Source of the DNA: Botryllus schlosseri
Taxonomy: Eukaryota
Direction: 5' to 3'
Assembly: GCA_051294905.1 (NCBI GenBank)
Contig: CM119372.1
Span: forward strand, 27,282,001-27,346,000
Length of the DNA stretch: 64,000 nt
In this document: positions 53,706 to 64,000 of the stretch, in pieces
Numbering within the stretch: position 1 is the stretch's first letter
How the letters are laid out: each line of letters starts with the position of its first letter
Made by a program: the position numbers and the translations under genes
Notes under the pieces: model-generated
Told to the model about the DNA's origin: nothing
The model's input: only the letters and a program-made list of their open reading frames with translations
Databases searched by the model: none

Positions 53706-56700
53706 AAGGTATCAACGGTATCAGTCCAGCGAAAATTGAGATCAGCCAGGTGATCCCGACTGCCATGATTGCTCGCCTGTAGTGCGGCGTTGCATGTGGT
53801 CTGCAAGCAATATTATTCTCTTCGAATGGGATGACACATGCACATTTTTACAAATAAAAGAATGTCGAACGTCCCCAAATTATTGAACAAAGGCGAAATG
53901 TGGATAACTCCGTTATATACATCGAAACCGTTCACGAAAGAAAGCTGATTTCTAGGCTACTTAATAAGAATTAGTTCTTTATCTTTTTACTGTTCGTATG
54001 TTGGACGACGTGTTCTCTCATAATTACGAATATAGCTCGACTCAATTTTGTGAAATGGAGGTGTTTTTAATTTTCTGGAGGGGGCACTAACATTAAAATC
54101 AAGAATTCGAGTGACTATAAATCGCGTGAAGTGCTAAGAAAAATATCAAGTCAAGCAAATATTCTAAGAAATATTCTACTATATGGTCATTGGTCATATA
54201 CAAAGATTTACGAAAAATGTGGCTGGCCATTGCTACAAAAACGCGTCGGAACTGATATTTTAGTATTCAACGTTCCAAATTTCTCGGTCAGGCTACCACC
54301 CTTGGGTTGGACTTGCAAGTTCACAATTAATTTTGTCCGGGTATTTTTTTGATATGACTAATTTCCCGAATTACCTCGCTGGCCACTGGTTGGCCGCCTC
54401 TGATATAGGCTAATAGTCAATATTATATGTCCATTATCGCATCATGACTTAAACCACGTATAAAATAAATTCCTTAAGCAACCCAATGCATATACACCAT
54501 GCAGTTATGTGAGCGAAAATCATACTAATTCCAGGGGTCTCATCTAGAAGTCTGGTGGGATTACAAATGTCTTACTAAAAACAGGGTCAGAGTCGGATTA
54601 GTAAACTTACTGATTACAGTATCGGGCATAACTGTCATGAATATGGAAAATAGTGGCTGCGCAGTTGAATTGGCCTGGTATTCAAGTCAGAGCATATCTT
54701 ACTATATTTTGTTTGGATCCAATCAGCAGATTACTAACAAATTGGATTGCCCAATTTCCCACGGCTGACAACGCAGCAGTATTTCACACCAACTTGCCGC
54801 CCTTATCTGGCGACACCAATGTATCTATTGAAACCTCATGACAGCATGCAGTCGATTTATCGTTATCAGAACCATTGTAAACACGGATTGCTCTGATCCG
54901 ACGATTAATAGCGCGCCAAGCATTGAACAGGCGGTGCTTGCTCTCCATTCGACATCGACATCGCAGTATCTGCCTTCGAACACCGCGGCCTTGATGCATA
55001 TGGAAATCGTGTATACCTGAGTATTTACCAGATACACTATTACGGTAAATGCATATAGTAGCTATATACGTATCCTACCCCAACAAGCAAATCAGCAACG
55101 GATAAACTCATTATGAGTAGTCTGTTGATGGTGGTATGCGATGAAGTGACAATTCGATCAGGGCTCTTCAACAGGCCATGTAAATTTGATCCAACTACGA
55201 TTGTACATCGAAAAATGGCAGTAACACCTGCAAAGTAAACGGAGTAGAGTAGAGCATGAACATCATCTACATTAGACTTGAAACCTGTAAAATATTTCTG
55301 TCCCGAGCGATTTAAACTTGGTAAAGTCGACATATCGAGCCTCACTGAAATCCTCTTCCAGTCCAAATACCTCGAGCCCGGTCGATATTTCTAACTGACT
55401 TACTGAATATCCACACCAGAGGAAGGACTCCTGTGCTTTTAATCATGGACTTCTCGTCAGAAAATGCACTGTCAATGCATCCTGGCTGACATTCGAGAGA
55501 GAATTACCACTCATTTTCGCATGCAACGCTTTGCCTATCCGCATCCATGGAATGGATGCATACTGCATGGGCAAGATAAAAAAAAACATAACCACTTTTT
55601 TGACCTCTCCCCATTCAATACACCGCTCTCTCAGAATCACTTATACTGAAATTATTAAATGACACATTTTACGTTGAGGAAATATGCCAGAAATAATCCT
55701 CGTTATCTTGATTTACGAAATAATTCCCCTCCGAGCTCCCCTCCTCAATTTTGGGTATTGCGATGCGGTCGTCGTGGAGTTTAAACGGGCAACAAATTTC
55801 AGCGCTGATAATTTTGGGACCGGGAAAACCTCTTGCTACACATCTACTTTCCTCAAACGATGAATGCGTATATAATAAACTCTAATATGACAGATTATAT
55901 CAGATTAGCTGTAAGCACATTCAACACAAAACATTCAACTGATATCGAGGATTCATCCGACTTTAACCAGCGCGTATGGTGCAAATCAGGTCAGCGACAG
56001 TTTCTGGTGCAACACCAACTAGAACAGATATAACCGAGCCAAGTACATCAAACCTTATGATGGTATATATCACATGGTTTACGTTTACCAATTTTTGCAA
56101 ACCGGAGATATATTCGTAGCTCCATTTTTGGCATAGTCCATCAGAAGTATCGATATTAAACACCTACCATTCGATTTCAATGTGTTCAGGTTTTGACTAT
56201 TGACGATCCAACGCTTTACTTGACGGTCCACCAAAGGTTTCGTGTCATCATAGTAAGCGTTGTCAAGTAGTTTATCCATAAAAAATCTTACTGTAATATG
56301 CAATTCTTACACTGTCTTCAGAGATAACCTTTTCGTCGTCGCAATGGAAATATAAGCATGGGCATCCAATTTCGCACCATTCAGCAATGTTGCACTTGGC
56401 ATCCTGCAATGTATTGTATATGCGTTGTTGGCTACATCTTACAATTAAAATCATGGTCATTACTAAAGCTGGGCTACCTCAAACACATATATCAGTATAG
56501 TTTCCTTGGACATGCAAGTCTCATTCAGAGGGATTAATTTATTGTTAAATGGGGATAATGATTTCATATATCCACTGGTAACATTGTATTGTACGTACAC
56601 TGGCAGAAATGGCTAAAGATGCCCACGGCTTAGTCAAAATGGGTCTCTGAAAGATTCCTCGTCCGCCTTCCATTTTTAGGTATTTTTGTAGGCTCTTTCT

Positions 56701-57103
56701 CATCATATTTCTCATTTCTCAATGATTTCTCCAACACATTCGTCCATGTTATTACCATACTCGTCGAATGTGTTGGAGAAATCATTGAGAAATGAGAAAT
56801 ATGATGAGAAAGAGCCTACAAAAATACCTAAAAATGGAAGGCGGACGAGGAATCTTTCAGAGACCCATTTTGACTAAGCCGTGGGCATCTTTAGCCATTT
56901 CTGCCAGTGTACGTACAATACAATGTTACCAGTGGATATATGAAATCATTATCCCCATTTAACAATAAATTAATCCCTCTGAATGAGACTTGCATGTCCA
57001 AGGAAACTATACTGATATATGTGTTTGAGGTAGCCCAGCTTTAGTAATGACCATGATTTTAATTGTAAGATGTAGCCAACAACGCATATACAATACATTG
57101 CAG

Positions 57104-60100
57104 GATGCCAAGTGCAACATTGCTGAATGGTGCGAAATTGGATGCCCATGCTTATATTTCCATTGCGACGACGAAAAGGTTATCTCTGAAGACAGTGTAA
57201 GAATTGCATATTACAGTAAGATTTTTTATGGATAAACTACTTGACAACGCTTACTATGATGACACGAAACCTTTGGTGGACCGTCAAGTAAAGCGTTGGA
57301 TCGTCAATAGTCAAAACCTGAACACATTGAAATCGAATGGTAGGTGTTTAATATCGATACTTCTGATGGACTATGCCAAAAATGGAGCTACGAATATATC
57401 TCCGGTTTGCAAAAATTGGTAAACGTAAACCATGTGATATATACCATCATAAGGTTTGATGTACTTGGCTCGGTTATATCTGTTCTAGTTGGTGTTGCAC
57501 CAGAAACTGTCGCTGACCTGATTTGCACCATACGCGCTGGTTAAAGTCGGATGAATCCTCGATATCAGTTGAATGTTTTGTGTTGAATGTGCTTACAGCT
57601 AATCTGATATAATCTGTCATATTAGAGTTTATTATATACGCATTCATCGTTTGAGGAAAGTAGATGTGTAGCAAGAGGTTTTCCCGGTCCCAAAATTATC
57701 AGCGCTGAAATTTGTTGCCCGTTTAAACTCCACGACGACCGCATCGCAATACCCAAAATTGAGGAGGGGAGCTCGGAGGGGAATTATTTCGTAAATCAAG
57801 ATAACGAGGATTATTTCTGGCATATTTCCTCAACGTAAAATGTGTCATTTAATAATTTCAGTATAAGTGATTCTGAGAGAGCGGTGTATTGAATGGGGAG
57901 AGGTCAAAAAAGTGGTTATGTTTTTTTTTATCTTGCCCATGCAGTATGCATCCATTCCATGGATGCGGATAGGCAAAGCGTTGCATGCGAAAATGAGTGG
58001 TAATTCTCTCTCGAATGTCAGCCAGGATGCATTGACAGTGCATTTTCTGACGAGAAGTCCATGATTAAAAGCACAGGAGTCCTTCCTCTGGTGTGGATAT
58101 TCAGTAAGTCAGTTAGAAATATCGACCGGGCTCGAGGTATTTGGACTGGAAGAGGATTTCAGTGAGGCTCGATATGTCGACTTTACCAAGTTTAAATCGC
58201 TCGGGACAGAAATATTTTACAGGTTTCAAGTCTAATGTAGATGATGTTCATGCTCTACTCTACTCCGTTTACTTTGCAGGTGTTACTGCCATTTTTCGAT
58301 GTACAATCGTAGTTGGATCAAATTTACATGGCCTGTTGAAGAGCCCTGATCGAATTGTCACTTCATCGCATACCACCATCAACAGACTACTCATAATGAG
58401 TTTATCCGTTGCTGATTTGCTTGTTGGGGTAGGATACGTATATAGCTACTATATGCATTTACCGTAATAGTGTATCTGGTAAATACTCAGGTATACACGA
58501 TTTCCATATGCATCAAGGCCGCGGTGTTCGAAGGCAGATACTGCGATGTCGATGTCGAATGGAGAGCAAGCACCGCCTGTTCAATGCTTGGCGCGCTATT
58601 AATCGTCGGATCAGAGCAATCCGTGTTTACAATGGTTCTGATAACGATAAATCGACTGCATGCTGTCATGAGGTTTGAATAGATACATTGGTGTCGCCAG
58701 ATAAGGGCGGCAAGTTGGTGTGAAATACTGCTGCGTTGTCAGCCGTGGGAAATTGGGCAATCCAATTTGTTAGTAATCTGCTGATTGGATCCAAACAAAA
58801 TATAGTAAGATATGCTCTGACTTGAATACCAGGCCAATTCAACTGCGCAGCCACTATTTTCCATATTCATGACAGTTATGCCCGATACTGTAATCAGTAA
58901 GTTTACTAATCCGACTCTGACCCTGTTTTTAGTAAGACATTTGTAATCCCACCAGACTTCTAGATGAGACCCCTGGAATTAGTATGATTTTCGCTCACAT
59001 AACTGCATGGTGTATATGCATTGGGTTGCTTAAGGAATTTATTTTATACGTGGTTTAAGTCATGATGCGATAATGGACATATAATATTGACTATTAGCCT
59101 ATATCAGAGGCGGCCAACCAGTGGCCAGCGAGGTAATTCGGGAAATTAGTCATATCAAAAAAATACCCGGACAAAATTAATTGTGAACTTGCAAGTCCAA
59201 CCCAAGGGTGGTAGCCTGACCGAGAAATTTGGAACGTTGAATACTAAAATATCAGTTCCGACGCGTTTTTGTAGCAATGGCCAGCCACATTTTTCGTAAA
59301 TCTTTGTATATGACCAATGACCATATAGTAGAATATTTCTTAGAATATTTGCTTGACTTGATATTTTTCTTAGCACTTCACGCGATTTATAGTCACTCGA
59401 ATTCTTGATTTTAATGTTAGTGCCCCCTCCAGAAAATTAAAAACACCTCCATTTCACAAAATTGAGTCGAGCTATATTCGTAATTATGAGAGAACACGTC
59501 GTCCAACATACGAACAGTAAAAAGATAAAGAACTAATTCTTATTAAGTAGCCTAGAAATCAGCTTTCTTTCGTGAACGGTTTCGATGTATATAACGGAGT
59601 TATCCACATTTCGCCTTCGTTCAATAATTTGGGGACGTTCGACATTCTTTTATTTGTAAAAATGTGCATGTGTCATCCCATTCGAAGAGAATAATATTGC
59701 TTGCAGACCACATGCAACGCCGCACTACAGGCGAGCAATCATGGCAGTCGGGATCACCTGGCTGATCTCAATTTTCGCTGGACTGATACCGTTGATACCT
59801 TGTTTGTTTGTTTGTTTTGGGGTATTCATGGTGTTTGTCGACTACTATGGTTATTTACATCAGTCCGATATTCTTCTTATTTTCCGTAACTTCCGACTTA
59901 TAGCACAGCCCACCTCTAGGCTTTTTGTAAGACACCGCTGACGCGGATGAGGTGGCGAGGAGGAGCCTAGGCAAACCTCCAACACTTAGGTGTCGGAATT
60001 CGGAAGTCGACCTCGGTCGGACTCGAACCCGCACCCATTGGTGTTGCAGCCGCGGATTATACCACTGCGCTATCTCGCCACCCCCGTTGATACCTTCTTT

Positions 60101-62048
60101 AGAAGATTACTTTTTGCAGGATATATCGTAAGTAATTTCCATATCGAAACACATCAGTCAGTAAACAATGTGAAATTATTAACGCAATTTCAATGGTATT
60201 ATTTAAAGATTGAAATGTAGGTTGGGTTTATTCACATCATGATGGTTTCGGAAATAAACTGCCTAAGACTGAAGTAATCTGACTGACTTTATGAGGTAAA
60301 ATATATAAGTAAACTATATTTTGTGTAATCCCAAATTGTGAGGTGATTGTCAACAGTGTGTGGGAGCTGCATATCCCGTCAAATCGATTACAGTAGCCTA
60401 CACATGAAAAGAGTGGGAAATCTAGTTGAACTATGAATATCCCGGCACGGTCACGTGAGCTAGTAACGGATCCTAATGTCATACTGCAATATCACTGTAT
60501 TATTTGGGAGACTCGAAGAATCTGGATTTGAACGGCAGCGATGGCAAGGATGACTGAAAAATAACGTTACAGCTGGTCTTCCAGGAGGTGATTTGAAAAT
60601 GCAAATGACCTTCTTTTATAGTCAACGCAGCAGTATTCCAGTAACAATTGTAAAATTACCGGCATTCTCGTCCGATTTGATAAGTTGCGTGATTTGTAGA
60701 AAGTGTCCGCTTTTCCAGATCTCCAAATATGGTAACCCCATGGATCGTACCACTACGGTACTCGCCACTCAGGCTATTCGGAGTGATATAGGGTGCCGCG
60801 AACTATTTGTCCCTCAGAGAGGGTGCCGCGAGGTTGAGAACCTCTGGGGTAGTGTGTGTGCGTGGTCACAACATTTAGGCAATAATTAGAGCTAATGAGA
60901 AAGTTTCAAGTTGATATTCATGACCTGCCACCCAAAATTAGCCATGATTAGCCACAGTCATGTCAGAAGCATAAGCTGGCTGTTAAACAATGTTATCATT
61001 GAAGCTGGGTTATGGTTTACTGGATTTGTTCACAGATATAGATAATAATACATCATCATATCAGCATACCAGGACCACAAATCACGTTTGTAGATTCCAC
61101 AATATTGCCATTTTCAAGACAAAGGTGAATCAAACGCAAAAGGAGTACTTGATAAACTGGCTCGGTCTGATGAACGATAGCGACATACAGGAACTGCACG
61201 ACCGGTAACAAATCCGCAACGTTTCACAAATAATGAATCGAAGTCAAACTTCCAAGAACAACGTTTGCAGCGGTACAGGATGGAGCAAACTGAGAAGACT
61301 TGTTGCTCAAATTAATCCGAGCATAAGGGCAGTCCACGAATTCGGATACTACTCGAGTCATACCGTTTGCCTACCGGCGCTATTTCCAGAGCGACAATAC
61401 AGATCGTGGTCGTACTCCCTTCTTCTGTTGCTGACTAATTTCGGGGCATTTATTTGTATGCTCTTGGGCTACATCATATTGTACAGGTATGATTAACAAT
61501 ATCAGATGACATGTTGCAGTGTCATGATGTCATCATTTGTTCAAAATCGGAGCGTTACAATTGGGGACGAGGTGTCTACCGTGCAGTTTCGACTATATAG
61601 AGCAGGGTTCTAAGAAAGCATTGGGATCAGCGGGTTACTTTTAAGGAGTTCACAAAATGCTAGTGTTGAAACTGCAATTACGAAACTACATATAGATTTT
61701 TAACATCGGTCCTTATTTTTGACTTGCGTCTTTATTTGCAAGGATCGTCATTTGATTTGATATTACCACACGGAAAGCAATTCACATTCATTCTTCGAGT
61801 TGATTTAGTGATTTTCAATTCGTTGCATGCAGCTGACAAGTGTTCAGTTCACCTATTTCTCAGAGACACAACTTTTATTTTGTACATTTACAGAAAGGCG
61901 TACAGCAAGAAAATCCTAGCCTCGCTGGCTACGCGCAAACAAAGAGATAAGCAAGGTACTGCAATGCAAAGCAAGCTTACCAGGATTCTTGTATCGGATT
62001 TTATGTGCTGGATGCCAATCTGCATTATGGGATTCTTTATATTGGCAG
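57104..62048 (+). pseudogene. LGR/GRL101/RXFP-like GPCR pseudogene, right copy; last exon expected beyond the window
   Basis: Exons 58280-58428 (NRLLIMSLSVADLLVG), 58491-58672 (EWRASTACSMLGALLIVGSEQSVFTMVLITINRL), 59707-~60120 (TM4, split by the SINE), 61036-61486 (GYYSSHTVCLP and TM5, in-frame TAA at 61206) and 61894-62048 (SDFMCWMPICIMG). Junctions are phase-compatible except the unclear donor near 60120. The Cys-rich exon 57104-57196 is tentative. Confidence 0.87.
59802..60083 (-). mobile_element. tRNA-derived SINE inserted in a GPCR exon, right copy
   Basis: Perfect 13 bp TSD ccgttgatacctt (59789-59801 and 60084-60096). Removing the SINE restores LIPLIPSLEDYFLQ. Confidence 0.92.
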
Positions 62049-64000
62049 GTATAATTGTTTGGGATGATGGGATATGATAATGAATGATACGATAATAAGA
62101 AAACCAAATATTGTATGCTGCATGTTCAATTCGTAAATCGAACGAAACGGTATAAAGGCTGGCCGTTAACATAACATTGACGCCCTATATGAGTATTCGC
62201 ATACGTCCACAGAGCAGGACCGTAACTGCCGCTCCCCAAACCCGCAATTGTCGAGGTCGAAGGGAACCCAAAATTATTTCGTAATTTAACATAAATGATG
62301 GAGTATTTTATATATTTTTAGAACTTAGTCAAATTTTCTTCGCGATTCGCGCGATTTATTTTTGCTAGATGTCATGATATCAATATCGATACCCCCTCAG
62401 AACACGCATTATTTTTTAGAGAAAAGCATTTCGGCGTCGGTCATTACCGCGCCACGACACACCAAGACGTTGACAATGATGTTTCGGCTAACATACGAAT
62501 GTGAAGTGTATGCTTCCAAAAAGCTTGCCGGCGAGGAATCCTTGACCCAAACATAACCGCCTCATGTTTACGGAAACCGATATATCCATGTCGAATTTTC
62601 CCTTGTCAATAGGCGCCTAAATGGATGGCCTTTCCATTGCCTTGTCGTGGCAATCCGAGCCCCCACTTTACAAATGCCACCCGTAGAGAAAAATAATGCG
62701 CCCGGTGAAGAAATGCCTGTTTGAGTTGTGTGCGTCGCATGGCAGAAGTTATTTAGTAGGGATGGTGTGAACCTCTGAAAGGTTCAGGTTCGTGTGAACG
62801 CGAACCTTTTTGAAAGGTTCTGTGTGAACGCGAACGTGAACCTCATGACGTCATGTGACGTCATATTTCTAATTCCAACGCTACATTTCAGTTAAGTGAT
62901 AGCCTATAGTAATGTACACAATACCTAGCGATGACTCGGGCCACATAATGACACAATGCTTAAATACATATTGGCGTTTGAAACCTAGCTAAATGCATCA
63001 AATGAGGCAGTCAAATGATATGATTTTCCCATAAAATCAATATCATCCGTCGCTTTGCCGACAATTTCGACGAGGAGTTGCCAGTGAATATAAGCTTACG
63101 CCTTAACAGTCTTCGCCAGACCGGACAATGTATTCGGCGTCTGACTATTGCTACATTGATATTGGGCAGAGCGTAGAACATGTTTCCATATTTGGTGCCG
63201 ATAATAGGCTACCCCACAAGTGATACAGCTGTAGCCAACACCTCAATCGCACGGATTTGGTTTTAATGATACAGTAAACATATGAAGTCAAGATTGACTG
63301 CTAAATTTATTACGTCAAAAGGCATTATCAATCTCATTGATTGGTTGAATAATGAATAAGCATCATTCGCTGACTACAGGTACTGCATGTCGCTCGTGAA
63401 GTTGTGTGATTGCTGGTCAAGCTCACAGCAGAGAGTCACTAAATATTCACAAACGGGATGCTAGATATTTCGTGCCAACTTTTGTAACAAAGCAAGTAAA
63501 ATCTTTGAGATTGTTAAAGTGCATGCTAGTTTTGTGTTGATTTTTATGCTGCCAGCGTCACGCATAGAGTGGCCCGCAGGTGAAATGCAATAAATTCGAA
63601 CCGAAAATATCATATTGAAGTGAAAAATGTAATATATATGAAAAAGGTTCACAGTGCAGAACCTACCAAAGTTCTGCTGTGAACGCGAACCTCTAAATTT
63701 CCGCGGTTCGCACACAGAACGCGAACGTGAACCTCAAGTTCACACCATCCCTAATTTAGGTCTGATACGTATCAGCGATTACGAAATATTTTGCCTATAT
63801 AGCAGACGGACGGTCAAGAAATATAAACATCGACACACTACCAAGTAATTGATAACAACGCGCCCGCTCGAAGATCCATAAGTATGAAATAAGGGCGCTA
63901 CATTGACAAACACACCAATGCCGTCCATACTAACGGTATAGATCTCAGCACATGGGCTATTAGTTGAAAATTCGACAGTAATATATGCAGTTCCAATTTC

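Larger units (their letters stand above)
48825..56403 (-). pseudogene. LGR/GRL101/RXFP-like rhodopsin-class GPCR pseudogene, left copy, including the terminal TM7 exon (48825-49138)
   Basis: Mirror of the + strand exons, plus a last exon reading GVDIPTDAYLPSGRLIFPINSALYSDLP. Stop at 52299-52301, SINE at 53424-53705. Confidence 0.85.
49499..64000. repeat. Second giant near-perfect palindrome: arms <=49499-56742 and 56765->=64000, 22 bp spacer
   Basis: Mirrored ORFs with coordinate sums 113507, then 113499 after an 8 bp indel. The last bases of the window still pair with 49499, so the outer ends are not visible. Confidence 0.98.

Overview
Eukaryotic, AT-rich, intron-containing animal DNA. The lectin and receptor style suggests an invertebrate such as an ascidian, but that is inference. 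Most short ORFs in the track are spurious. The window is dominated by three consecutive inverted duplications. (1) An old, diverged one at about 16209-20749 surrounds a ~1.5 kb minisatellite. (2) A near-perfect 23.3 kb palindrome has arms 21892-33478 and 33623-45226 and a 144 bp spacer. (3) A second near-perfect palindrome is centred at 56753 with a 22 bp spacer and arms of at least 7.2 kb; its right arm runs off the window. Palindrome 3 carries two head-to-head copies of a disabled LGR/GRL101/RXFP-like GPCR gene: both copies have a SINE in an exon and an in-frame stop, and the one visible TM7 exon lacks NPxxY. One intact three-exon secreted C-type lectin gene lies at 10790-13537. The rest is an 80 bp satellite, tRNA-derived SINEs and many nested non-autonomous hAT-type elements with 8 bp target-site duplications (TSDs). 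These include 31-37 bp perfect hairpin insertions with their own TSDs.
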